Source: an uncultured bacterium (GTDB taxonomy: Bacteria > Fermentibacterota > Fermentibacteria > Fermentibacterales > Fermentibacteraceae). From it: a stretch of DNA of 64,000 bases. Both the position numbers and the translations under genes were made by a program. Positions 1 through 9,365 of this stretch are shown one piece after another (positions within the stretch are counted from its first letter, which is position 1; each line of letters begins with the position of its first letter). The stretch covers positions 24,352 to 88,351 of the forward strand of contig CAZRWD010000001.1 in NCBI GenBank assembly GCA_964603785.1. Reading direction: 5' to 3'. Under the pieces are notes generated by a model. That model had not been told where the DNA came from. It did no database searches and saw only the letters and a list, made by a program, of their open reading frames with translations.

Positions 1-2
1 AG

Positions 3-704
3 CTGGCACCCGCCTGGATCCACGAGGCCCGCGAGGGCGCGAACCCCACGAGGACGGGTCTGCTCGACGGGCCGATGCTGGAGGCCTGCGGCGACGTGAC
101 CGGGCTCCGGGTGCTCGACTGCGGCTGCGGCGAGGGGCGCTTCTGCAGGATGCTCGCTCGGCGGGGGGCTTCGTACGTGCTCGGCCTGGATCTCTGCGGC
201 GAGATGATCCGCGCGGCCCGAGACATGGGGTCGGCCCGCGAGGAGTACCGCATCACCGATGTGCAGGATCTGGGCTCGCTCGAGACGGGCAGCTTCGACC
301 TCTGCGTCTCCTACCTCAACCTGTGCGACCTGCCCGACTTCCTCGCCAACGTCCGGGAGGTACGGCGGGTGCTCCGGACCGACGGGCGTTTCGTCGTGGC
401 GAACCTCCATCCGATGAGGTCCGCCGTGGGCGGCTGGCACATGTCCGAGTCCGGGGAGAAGCTGCACGTCATACTCGACCGCTACCTCGACGAGGGCGAG
501 CGCCGCTGGCGCATGATGGGCGTGGACTTCACCAACTTCCACAGGACGCTCTCGACACATGTCAGGGGCTTCCTCGGGGCCGGGTTCGCGCTGGCCGACC
601 TGGTGGAGCCGTCGGTCACGCCGGAGAGGCTCCGCGAGTACCCCCAGCTCGGGGACGAGGCCAGGGTTCCCAACTTCATCATATACGTCCTGGCTGCCGT
701 CTGA
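3..704 (+). CDS. Class I SAM-dependent methyltransferase (5' end probably outside the window)
   Basis: Motif I VLDCGCGEGRF and SFDL; the frame is open from position 3 (LAPAWIHEAREG...), upstream of the ATG at 75. Confidence 0.85.
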   Translation: MAPAWIHEAREGANPTRTGLLDGPMLEACGDVTGLRVLDCGCGEGRFCRMLARRGASYVLGLDLCGEMIRAARDMGSAREEYRITDVQDLGSLETGSFDLCVSYLNLCDLPDFLANVREVRRVLRTDGRFVVANLHPMRSAVGGWHMSESGEKLHVILDRYLDEGERRWRMMGVDFTNFHRTLSTHVRGFLGAGFALADLVEPSVTPERLREYPQLGDEARVPNFIIYVLAAV

Positions 705-751
705 CCGTGATGCCGGAGGGAAAGGCGGCGGTGACGCAGGGAGGTGACCGG

Positions 752-868
752 ATGGCGAGCAGGCCGGGTGACCCGGAGCGCGACTTCGGGCTGATCTCAG
801 CCTGGTTCAGCGAGCTGGATGCAGTGTCCCGTCCGCCAGTGCGGAGCAGCCGGAGGAGGGTTCCATGA
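752..868 (+). CDS. Putative 38-aa small protein (MASRPGDPERDFGLISAWFSELD...)
   Basis: Strong SD GGAGGTGA just upstream of ATG 752; its stop overlaps the S10 peptidase start (ATGA, 865-868). Confidence 0.35.
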   Translation: MASRPGDPERDFGLISAWFSELDAVSRPPVRSSRRRVP

Positions 869-2331
869 GCTCTGATGTCGAGAAGAGCAGCGAGGGCAGG
901 AGGGAGGAGGATCCGAAGCCGAAGAAGCGCAGGCTCCTCGGACTGGAGCCCGTGGAGACGCATCACGAGCTGGATCTGCCGGGGAGGCGACTGGCGTACA
1001 CGGCGAGGGCCGGGGTGCTGCCCCTGCGGGACGAGTTCGACGAGCTGGAGGCCGAGGTATTCTTCACGGCATACGAGCTCGAGGGAGGCGGAGACAGGGC
1101 TTCGCGGCCCCTCACCTTCCTCTTCAACGGCGGCCCGGGGTCGTCGTCGATCTGGCTCCACATGGGGGCCGCGGCCCCCTGGCGCGTGCGCATGGAGGAC
1201 GAGGGGTGGATGCCGAAGCCTCCCTACGTGCTGGAGCCCAACGGGCACACCTGGCTCGATTTCACCGACATGGTCTTCATAGACCCGGTGGGCACGGGGT
1301 ACAGCAGGGCGGTGAAGGAGGACCTCGACAAGAAGTTCTGGAGCTACAGGGGCGACATCGAGTCCGTCGGGGAGTTCATCAGGCTGTACCTCGGCCGGTA
1401 CGGCAGGTGGGGATCGCCCCTGTACCTGGCGGGGGAGAGCTACGGCACGACCAGGGCGGCGGGCCTGGCCGGACACCTGGTCGACATGGGAATAGCCTTC
1501 AACGGCCTCGTGCTGATCTCCACGGCGCTCGACATCAGGCCGATCGACTTCGTGACCGGCGACGACCTGCCCTACCAGCTCTTCGTGCCCACCTACGCCG
1601 CCACTGCATGGTACCACGGGAGGCTGGGGCCGGAGCTACTGGAGCTGAGCCTGCCCGAGCTGAACTCGATGGTCATGGACTGGTCGGAGAGGGAGCTGGG
1701 AGTCGCGCTCTCGCAGGGAGACAGGCTGCCCGAGGAGAGGAAGCGGGAGCTGGCCTCGCAGCTCGCCGCATACACGGGACTCGATGCCCGGTACGTACTG
1801 GGCACCGATCTCCGCATCCAGATCCATCGCTTCTGCAAGGAGCTGCTGAGGGACGAGAGGCGCAGCGTGGGCCGCCTGGACTCGAGGTTCAGGGGGATCG
1901 AGGCGCTGGCGGTGACCGAGGTGCCGGAGTTCGACCCGGCCATGAACGACATAAACCCTCCCTACGTGTCGATGATGAACGCCTACCTGCGGAACAGCCT
2001 CGGCGTCCGGACCGACATGCCCTACGAGCCGATGAGCGGGAAGGCCGGCGAGAAGTGGGAGTGGGAGAAGGGCAAGCTGCCCACGACAGGGGAGGTCCTG
2101 CGGGGCGCGATGGCGAGGAACCCGCACATGAAGGTGTTGGTCGCACAGGGGTACTACGACCTGGCGACGCCCTTCTATGCGACCGAGTACATGATCAGCC
2201 ACATGAACATCGATCCGGCGCTCCGCGGGAACATCGCCTCCAGGACCTACGAGGCGGGGCACATGTTCTACCTGGACAGGAAATCCCTTGCAGCGTTCGG
2301 GTCCGACGTGGCCGATTTCATCCGGGGGTAG
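865..2331 (+). CDS. S10 family serine carboxypeptidase
   Basis: NGGPGSSS, FIDPVGTGYS, nucleophile motif GESYG, GYYDLATP, YEAGHMFY. Confidence 0.92.
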   Translation: MSSDVEKSSEGRREEDPKPKKRRLLGLEPVETHHELDLPGRRLAYTARAGVLPLRDEFDELEAEVFFTAYELEGGGDRASRPLTFLFNGGPGSSSIWLHMGAAAPWRVRMEDEGWMPKPPYVLEPNGHTWLDFTDMVFIDPVGTGYSRAVKEDLDKKFWSYRGDIESVGEFIRLYLGRYGRWGSPLYLAGESYGTTRAAGLAGHLVDMGIAFNGLVLISTALDIRPIDFVTGDDLPYQLFVPTYAATAWYHGRLGPELLELSLPELNSMVMDWSERELGVALSQGDRLPEERKRELASQLAAYTGLDARYVLGTDLRIQIHRFCKELLRDERRSVGRLDSRFRGIEALAVTEVPEFDPAMNDINPPYVSMMNAYLRNSLGVRTDMPYEPMSGKAGEKWEWEKGKLPTTGEVLRGAMARNPHMKVLVAQGYYDLATPFYATEYMISHMNIDPALRGNIASRTYEAGHMFYLDRKSLAAFGSDVADFIRG

Positions 2332-2336
2332 TGCCG

Positions 2337-2376
2337 GCCCGGGGGCTCCTGAGCAGCGTATCCGGGCCCCCGGGGC
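2337..2376. terminator. GC-rich inverted repeat between convergent genes
   Basis: GCCCGGGGGC ... GCCCCCGGG between the stops at 2331 (+) and 2376 (-). Confidence 0.4.
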
Positions 2377-3791
2377 TAGAGCCTGACCACGCTGACCGAT
2401 GAGATCTGCCCCGAGATGGCCCCCTGGATCAGGTAGGTGCCGGCGGGGACGTCGTCTCCCGCAGCATCACGCCCATCCCAGGCGAACGACGAGCCCTGGC
2501 GATCGGACAAGCTGCGGAGGAGACGCCCGGTGATGTCGTACACCATGAGCTGGCCGGGGAGGGATGTGCCTTCGCAGATGATGGACACGGAAGACGTGAA
2601 AGGGTTGCAGGAAGGGCCTAGAAGAAGAGCCGGCTCGGCCACATCCGAGCTGTCATCCTCTACTCCCAGCCAGTTGTGGTCGAACCAGCCCAGTGTTAGG
2701 TACTTGCCCTCTCCGGTATTTGGAGCACTCCACTGTGCAAACACGTCTCCCTGATCGTTGGACGTTACTTGCAGGCTGTATATGAGCGATTCTTCCGTGT
2801 AGTCGTAGGCTGCGTACGGTTCCTCGATGAAAAATCCGTCAGGATCTATTACGGCGCAGATGATCTGCTGGGTGCCGCCTCCGGGACCGCTCCCTCCCCA
2901 GAGGAGGAAGAAGCACGCCTTGTCCGGCCCGGGGGTGATCGACGGAAACGTATGCCCGAAGGGCTCCGTGACGATGATCGCGCGATCCACGAGGATGGCC
3001 CCCGTCTCCCTGTCGATCCTGTAGAAGGTCAGCCAGTCATCCGTCTCTAGGGATTCCCAGACGAAGATGCTGGCGTTGCCGTTCGCATCAGAGCTGAGCC
3101 CCCACCACTTGGATACGTTGTCGGCAACATTGATGAAGTCCACCGGGCCAGCCGTGACATTGCCCTCCAGGTCGTACTGGACGTACTCCGGGAACTGCTC
3201 GGGGTTGGGATTGGTGTAGAGGATGTGCACGCGGTCTCCATCCACCAGCACCTTCGAGGACAGCCAGCTGTTCGGTATGGTGTCCCTGAAGCTCTCTATC
3301 CCGGTCAGAGGGTCGAACACCGAGTAGTAGACACCAGCAGGCCCCTCGTAGGTCAGATGCACCCGCCCGAGCGAATCGGCCGAACAGGACATCCTGGGCC
3401 AGATGGGATAGCCCACGGTGCTGAACAGCGTCGGCGGGATCATCAGGTCACCTTCACCGTCGGCCATCCCGTACCAGATCGGTGTGTACTCACGCCATAC
3501 ACCGGCTATACCACCACCGAGCTCACAGGAAGCGGGGTATGCGGACCATGAGTTTCTGGAGAACAGGGTGTCTTCCAATAGATAAGTCCCGTCCGGGAGC
3601 ACGATGTTCCGGCCGATCCTGGTTGCTGATAGGTAGTCACCCCAGACCTGGTGCACATGAGAGCCGTCGGTGACCTCCAGGTCACTTTCCTGCGTGTAGT
3701 CCGATGGCACCTGGCAGACAGGCGCGGCCTCACTCCATCCCGGGGCGTGGGGCACCGAGATCATGCAGGCAGCCAGCATGGCGCAGATCAC
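2376..3791 (-). CDS. Secreted protein with C-terminal T9SS-like/FlgD-Ig sorting domain
   Basis: Hydrophobic N-terminus; C-terminus SCNPF...VYDITGRLLRSL...WDGRDAAGDDVPAGTYLI; GTGA overlap with the C25 gene stop. Confidence 0.75.
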   Translation of the reverse strand: MICAMLAACMISVPHAPGWSEAAPVCQVPSDYTQESDLEVTDGSHVHQVWGDYLSATRIGRNIVLPDGTYLLEDTLFSRNSWSAYPASCELGGGIAGVWREYTPIWYGMADGEGDLMIPPTLFSTVGYPIWPRMSCSADSLGRVHLTYEGPAGVYYSVFDPLTGIESFRDTIPNSWLSSKVLVDGDRVHILYTNPNPEQFPEYVQYDLEGNVTAGPVDFINVADNVSKWWGLSSDANGNASIFVWESLETDDWLTFYRIDRETGAILVDRAIIVTEPFGHTFPSITPGPDKACFFLLWGGSGPGGGTQQIICAVIDPDGFFIEEPYAAYDYTEESLIYSLQVTSNDQGDVFAQWSAPNTGEGKYLTLGWFDHNWLGVEDDSSDVAEPALLLGPSCNPFTSSVSIICEGTSLPGQLMVYDITGRLLRSLSDRQGSSFAWDGRDAAGDDVPAGTYLIQGAISGQISSVSVVRL

Positions 3792-6700
3792 TCCAGCACT
3801 CCCGTCCTGGCTGCATCATGCTGGCACTGCGGCCACGGGCTGAAGTATTCGTCGCACGAGCCCAGCTCCCAGACGTGCAGGTAGTTGTCCATCGTGCCGA
3901 AGACTAGCTCGACCCTCTCGTCACCGTCGATGTCGGCCATGCAGAAGCCTCCATTGACCTCTGACGGCAGCATGTAGGGGAAGCCGAGTTCCTCGAGCAT
4001 CTCTACTCCTGACTCGAAAGCCATCACCCAGCCTGTCCTGGTTGCCACGACCAGGTCATCATTCAGGTATTGGTCCTCGTCATCCAGCTCCCCCAGTGCC
4101 GGGAACGGTGGGCGATAGCTGTCCGGGATGTCATAGGACTCGGGCCAGCCTGAGAGTGCTTGCCCGTTGTCTCTCCAGGCGAATGCCTGGTTCTCTGTGG
4201 GTGATACAATGGCGTCGGCTCCTGTCACTACCGAATCCCAGTCAGTCATCATGCAACAGAGCACCTGGTTCGCATCCAGGCTGGCGTTGTACTGGCAGCT
4301 GTCCTGCAGGGTCAGCCCTGTATCCAGGATATATGCCGGTGCGTGTTCGTCGTTCGAAGTCAGCCGGGAGAGGGCGATCCTCATGCTCCCGGCGAGTCTG
4401 CCCACGGCGGGCACGGCTTTCATCAGCTCGTCTCTCCACAGCTCGCTGTCGTAGTATAAGCCCTGCCCGTTCTGATACCTGTACAGGCAGCACATCGAGT
4501 TCAGAATCGGGGGTTCAGGTGGTGGAGGACACATTGCATATGCGAGAGAGACTATCAGCTCGGTCGGCGCCGAACCATCGAGATCGCAGGCGGTAACCCA
4601 ACCCTGGCTCACACCGCCTATCCCTGACGGCTTCGGTTCGCTGTCCAGAAGAACCAGCGAGCCGGACTGGACTCCCATGAGATAGAGGTTGTCTCCGCAG
4701 ATGAAGGCGATCTCATCCCTGGCGATTTCGCCCTGCCCCTCACGAATGATGTCAGCAAGTGTCACGGCGTGGGGATGGTCCTGGCCTAGCGACGGGTGCT
4801 CGTACGAGTAGAGCACCTCTCCCGTCCCGCCATCCAGGATGCAGATGTGGTTCTGGCAGTCGATCACGATCTCCGGCTCTGGTCCTCCACACACACTGCC
4901 GGCTGCGGGGATGCTGTATCCAGTTCCTCCGGCAGGATCAGGCGGGGAAGGCGGCAATGTAATCCAGACAAGCTCCCCGTCGGGCTCGTAGGCGCACACG
5001 CAGAACATCCCGCACACCGCCACGATCTCCAGGTCCTCGTCACCGTCGATGTCCACCAGGCAGGGCGGTGATTCGATGCTTCCCGGCGTGAGGACAGGCC
5101 AGCCCGACTCGTTCGGGAAGGCATCCTTGATCTCTAACTCGGCTGAAGCGTCGTTGTTCGCGAACCAGCTGTCCGGCGTCTCCTCGTCGAGATCAGCCGC
5201 CACCCCGATTGTGAATGTCGCCGGGAGGCTGACGGTGGAGGGCAGCCTCCATCGGAAACGGAGTACCTTCTCCTGCCCGGGATCGATGCCGTCACAGCTG
5301 GATGTGAGCAACGTGTCGTAGCTCCCGCACTCGATGGTCATCTCCGCATCGAATGCGCCGGACTCGATGGCTCCAGCGTTGCGGACGGCTATGTGAAGAA
5401 CGACCGGATCGCCCGAGCCCGGTGTGCTTCGCGTAGGATAGGCGGCCATCCCGATATCGCCGGGGCTGACGATGAGGTCACACCTGTCGCGGAACTTCAC
5501 GCGATCACCGATATCGACGGCTGGATCACCCAGGAGGTTGTAGGAAGCAACATCCATGTTCCATCCAGCGCCCTGCCACAGCATGCCGAAGCACTCCACC
5601 CTACCCGAGGCCACCGCATCCCCCACCCGGGTGATCCCTCCCCGGAGGACGCCCTCGACGACGGGAGCGATCAGCAGATTCTGATGATATGAGGACCAGC
5701 TGCTCCCGGTGACCGCAATCGCCCCTCCAGCAGTGTTCTCCAGCAGGGCTTCCGCGAAGCAGTCAACGGTGAAGTCATAACCTGTTCCATGGTAGCTCCA
5801 CGGAGGATATCCTGCGTAGTACTGGAGACTGTCCGTCCAGTTGAACGTGCCCTGCGAACAGGATCCGAGCATGACGAACGGCCAGCCGTGTGCCTCCTGT
5901 CCCTGGCAGAGTTCGTTGATGTCGAGGTTGTCGAACGTGGAGTCTGGTGGACCATCAGGGCCGTCTGCTCCGCAGTCGAAGTAGTGCACGGCGCCGTGGT
6001 CTGTGTAGAAGACCATCTGTGCGCCAGTCTCGAATACACCCTCGCAGGCTTCGCACCACTGCCTGCTGGACATCGTGCTCCCATCGGAACTCGTAGCAGG
6101 GTCTCCATCCCCGCAATAGTAGTCTGAGTGCGCATATCCTGCCCAGCTGGAGATGCTGTCGGTCCAGCCGGAGGTCGGGACGTGCCCGGCCAGTCCCACC
6201 CCCTCGAGTCGTATGATGCTTCTCCTCCAGGCCAGTCCCTGCGAGGCCGGCCATGTCACACCGGCCTCGAAGCTTCTGATGCTCGTGATCATGTCCCGCA
6301 GGAGACCAGGAGTCCTCGCCGGAAGCCGGCCGACCACCATGTCCGGGAATACTGCGAAATCTCCCGGATCATCCCCGAAACCCGCATACCAGCCATCGCT
6401 GCCGCGCTCAGCCCATTCGCAGTCTTCTGCGGGAATCACCTTCGTTGGGAGGAACCAGGCTCTCTGCGCCGAATCCGGGTCCTCGTGGTCCCCGATCAAC
6501 AGCAGATAGGACGGCCGCTTCGTCTCAGCCGAGCCCCAGTCCCACATGGCTTCGGTGAAGTCGCGGATGATGTCGGGGGTGATGGCCTGCGCCGCACCCC
6601 CGAACTGGTTCAGCACGCTGTCGGTGCGGGCGATCGCCACGTCGAACCCGTCCAGGTCGGCCCTGTGGTGCGCTAGCGTATCAACCCACCAGCCGTCCAG

Positions 6701-7492
6701 CCCGGAGGCGACCAGGATCATGTAGTCCGGCACAAAGCCCGGTCCTGACTCCAGATCCCCCGGTCGTGACACCCTCCCGGGTATCGGCGCCCAGGGAGGC
6801 GGCTCTGGGCTGTACCCAAGCAGTCTGTCCCCGATCAGCCCCTCGTAGCAGCCGAGGTCGCAGGTCGGCCAGGAGGCAGTGGTGTCGTAGCTCAGTGAGA
6901 TCTCGATGTCGCTCCAGACACGCAGGCTGTCTTCCGAAGCCAGGTACTGCACAGGATAGACATCGACGATGCCTACTCGCAGATCTCTAAGCCGGAATTC
7001 CCCGACAAGCTCGGCCTGAACATCCGGATACCACTCCTCCGAGGCATAGGCTGCCGAGTCCTGCCTGAAGTACTCCCCGAACCAGCTCGCTCCAGTGCTA
7101 TCCGTGACCAGGCTGTCCAATGGCGCAGGATACACCGGCAGGCACCCGATGCCCTCGCAGCACGAGGCGGAGCACTCCAGCGCGATGTCGCTGTCATCTG
7201 GCAGCCACACCATCCTGCGCACGACAGGGATCTCGGGATAACCCACGATGTCGGCCGGAACGGTGCCGGGGGAGGAGGGGAACCTCAGGTAAGCCTGCGA
7301 GTCGACCGTGACGGTCTCAGCGAGGAAACCGCGAAGCTCGACGTCAAAGGTCAGGAAGCTGTCCCATGTGCCGTTGTGGATGACCAGCGGCTCGCTGCCC
7401 TCGGGGCAGCCCGCGTTCCACTCCAGCCACTCGGACGAAGCAGTGTTCGAGGAGAACAGAACCACCGATAGGAGAAGAGGAAATGCACGCAC
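3788..7492 (-). CDS. C25 (gingipain-like) cysteine peptidase with propeptide, CARDB-like Ig domain and FG-GAP repeats
   Basis: Signal peptide after GTG 7492 (SD GGAG); YLLLIGD, VGRLP, catalytic His (YTDHG) and Cys (LGSCSQG), YNLLGDP; VRNAG...DLDEET CARDB-like segment; DIDGDEDLEIV-type repeats. Confidence 0.88.
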   Translation of the reverse strand: MRAFPLLLSVVLFSSNTASSEWLEWNAGCPEGSEPLVIHNGTWDSFLTFDVELRGFLAETVTVDSQAYLRFPSSPGTVPADIVGYPEIPVVRRMVWLPDDSDIALECSASCCEGIGCLPVYPAPLDSLVTDSTGASWFGEYFRQDSAAYASEEWYPDVQAELVGEFRLRDLRVGIVDVYPVQYLASEDSLRVWSDIEISLSYDTTASWPTCDLGCYEGLIGDRLLGYSPEPPPWAPIPGRVSRPGDLESGPGFVPDYMILVASGLDGWWVDTLAHHRADLDGFDVAIARTDSVLNQFGGAAQAITPDIIRDFTEAMWDWGSAETKRPSYLLLIGDHEDPDSAQRAWFLPTKVIPAEDCEWAERGSDGWYAGFGDDPGDFAVFPDMVVGRLPARTPGLLRDMITSIRSFEAGVTWPASQGLAWRRSIIRLEGVGLAGHVPTSGWTDSISSWAGYAHSDYYCGDGDPATSSDGSTMSSRQWCEACEGVFETGAQMVFYTDHGAVHYFDCGADGPDGPPDSTFDNLDINELCQGQEAHGWPFVMLGSCSQGTFNWTDSLQYYAGYPPWSYHGTGYDFTVDCFAEALLENTAGGAIAVTGSSWSSYHQNLLIAPVVEGVLRGGITRVGDAVASGRVECFGMLWQGAGWNMDVASYNLLGDPAVDIGDRVKFRDRCDLIVSPGDIGMAAYPTRSTPGSGDPVVLHIAVRNAGAIESGAFDAEMTIECGSYDTLLTSSCDGIDPGQEKVLRFRWRLPSTVSLPATFTIGVAADLDEETPDSWFANNDASAELEIKDAFPNESGWPVLTPGSIESPPCLVDIDGDEDLEIVAVCGMFCVCAYEPDGELVWITLPPSPPDPAGGTGYSIPAAGSVCGGPEPEIVIDCQNHICILDGGTGEVLYSYEHPSLGQDHPHAVTLADIIREGQGEIARDEIAFICGDNLYLMGVQSGSLVLLDSEPKPSGIGGVSQGWVTACDLDGSAPTELIVSLAYAMCPPPPEPPILNSMCCLYRYQNGQGLYYDSELWRDELMKAVPAVGRLAGSMRIALSRLTSNDEHAPAYILDTGLTLQDSCQYNASLDANQVLCCMMTDWDSVVTGADAIVSPTENQAFAWRDNGQALSGWPESYDIPDSYRPPFPALGELDDEDQYLNDDLVVATRTGWVMAFESGVEMLEELGFPYMLPSEVNGGFCMADIDGDERVELVFGTMDNYLHVWELGSCDEYFSPWPQCQHDAARTGVLE

Positions 7493-7837
7493 AGCGCTCC
7501 TCCTATGCTGTAGACCTCTGTACCGCAGAACGATGAGGCAGCGTCCGGAATGCGTCAAGACAGGGCGCGATCGCCACGGGTCTTGACGGCAGGACGAGAC
7601 TCATCAGTCAGAGAGCCTTCAGCAGGAGAGATTCGAGAGTGCAGGCCGGGGGCGAGGTTCCTCTGTTCCCTGAGACCGGGGGCACCGTCGATGATGAGTA
7701 CCTAAGAACCTCGTAGGAGGCGTGATTCTGCTATCCCGAAGAATGCCGACGATCCTGCGGTAACACGGGTCGCTGACCGGACCTGCACGGGGGTTCAGCG
7801 GGGGGACGGTCTCCCGGGAGCACGGTTGAGCCGGGGT

Positions 7838-7868
7838 CCGGCTCCGGAGGAGGCGCCTCCGGAGCCGG
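7838..7868 (-). terminator. 13-bp perfect hairpin downstream of the padR-sensor operon
   Basis: CCGGCTCCGGAGG-AGGCG-CCTCCGGAGCCGG; no U-tract, so terminator role is uncertain. Confidence 0.45.
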
Positions 7869-7925
7869 CCTCGAGCCTCGGCCGATCAAGTCGGACGGAT
7901 CGCCGACGATTATCAACACCCCTCC

Positions 7926-8801
7926 TCAGCTCACCAGCATGGCCCGGGCAATCCTCCCGTGGAGGCGCCCGGTGAGCCGTCCGAGGTGCAGGGTGGCCAC
8001 GATGAAGAGGAACCCCGCCAGGACGGCGACCGGATAGCCCCAGACGGGGATCCAGAAGTCCGGCTCTATGAAGGGTTCGTCCAGCACGGCCTGGAGCACG
8101 GGGGCTGCGGCGAACGACAGGCCGGTCGCCAGCAGCGTGACGAACACCGAGAAGTAGAGGGTTCCGAGCGGGAGCATCAGGATCATGTACAGAAGCCCGG
8201 TCCATGTGCTCCTGGTCGCCAGTATCCTCCTGAAGCCCGCCCACCAGCCGCCGGCGTTCCGGGGGTAGACCGCCCTCCTGGGCATCCTCACCCCCAGCAG
8301 CGCCTCGACTATCCTGCCCTCCACGAGGCTGACCCCCCTGAAGGAGAGCAGGAAGAGCCACGCCACGGGCAGGCCTATGATGAGGATGAGCAGCCCTAGG
8401 GACACGTACAGCCCCGTCACGGCCCATGTGAAGTAGATGCACCCGGTGGCGACGGACAGGAGGAGATAGAGCATGGCTCCCCACGCCTTCGGATCGGCCA
8501 CGATCCCGACGAAGCGCAGCAGCCCGCTTCGCCCGCCGCCGGGAGCGGCACCGATCCCGGGGCTCGTCAGCCTCTCGATCTCCGTGCAGCGGGATGCGAT
8601 CTCCACGGGTGTGCCGAAGCGCTCGACAACCCTGGCGAAGGCCTCCTCCTCGGGGATCCCGGGCGAGGATGCCGTCTCCGCCCGCAGGGCCTCGGTCAGA
8701 TGGTCCTCCGCGTCTGCCAGGGCGTCCTGGACGACTGCGCGGTCGAGGCCGCGGAGGGCGGTCCCGAGTTCGTCCAGATACGCGGAAATCCTCCTGTTCA
8801 T
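7926..8801 (-). CDS. Membrane 'putative sensor' domain protein with N-terminal HAAS-like domain
   Basis: YLDEL...DAEDHL...RFGTPVEIA N-terminus followed by about 4 TM segments; ATGA-coupled to padR. Confidence 0.8.
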   Translation of the reverse strand: MNRRISAYLDELGTALRGLDRAVVQDALADAEDHLTEALRAETASSPGIPEEEAFARVVERFGTPVEIASRCTEIERLTSPGIGAAPGGGRSGLLRFVGIVADPKAWGAMLYLLLSVATGCIYFTWAVTGLYVSLGLLILIIGLPVAWLFLLSFRGVSLVEGRIVEALLGVRMPRRAVYPRNAGGWWAGFRRILATRSTWTGLLYMILMLPLGTLYFSVFVTLLATGLSFAAAPVLQAVLDEPFIEPDFWIPVWGYPVAVLAGFLFIVATLHLGRLTGRLHGRIARAMLVS

Positions 8802-9166
8802 GCGCCTTCACCTCCCAGCAATGCTTCGATCCTCCCCGCGGTGGACCGCCAGATGGACTTCCAGCGGTTCAGGGCCTCGACACCCTCGACCGTGGCGTGG
8901 TAGTAGCGCCTGGGCGGACCCGATGTCGAAGGCTCCACAACGCTCTCGAGGAGCCCGTTCCGCTCGAGTGACCAGAGCACGGGGTAGAGGGTGCCCTGCT
9001 TGAGGGGCTGTGGCTCGCCCTCCGCGCCGTCGGACAGGGTCGACGCGATCTGGTACCCGTAGAGCGCCTCGTCCGACGAGCAGAGGATCGCCAGGAGTGC
9101 CAGGGACGTGGTCCCCGCGCTCAGCTCCTTGCGGAACTTCCTGTCCGCCGCCGGTTCCTCGACCAT
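8798..9166 (-). CDS. PadR family transcriptional regulator
   Basis: YGYQIA, GTLYPVLWSLERNGLL, PRRYY..T..G; start uncertain (9166-9202). Confidence 0.92.
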   Translation of the reverse strand: MVEEPAADRKFRKELSAGTTSLALLAILCSSDEALYGYQIASTLSDGAEGEPQPLKQGTLYPVLWSLERNGLLESVVEPSTSGPPRRYYHATVEGVEALNRWKSIWRSTAGRIEALLGGEGA

Positions 9167-9226
9167 CTCCACCACCTCCGTTCCTTCTACCGATGCTATC
9201 ACCGGATGGATACTGTCATGAGGTGG

Positions 9227-9255
9227 ATACTAGTATCAGGTTGGTAATATGTCAA
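9227..9255 (-). promoter_or_regulatory. Sigma70-type promoter of padR with overlapping palindrome
   Basis: Minus strand TTGACA-N17-TAGTAT; perfect palindrome GATACTAGTATC at 9226-9237. Confidence 0.75.
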
Positions 9256-9365
9256 GGCCGGATATAGCATCAGCCCTTGCAGTGCGGCTCCTACGCTGTA
9301 GATCGATGTAGGACAGGGTTATGAGTTCCGGCGGATGATCCCGGGTCCCGACGGAGGGGTAGGTC

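Noticed and set aside
780-830. tRNA-like start (GGGCTGATCTCAGCCTGGTT...)
   Set aside because: No anticodon arm, TTC-containing T-loop or acceptor-stem pairing could be built.
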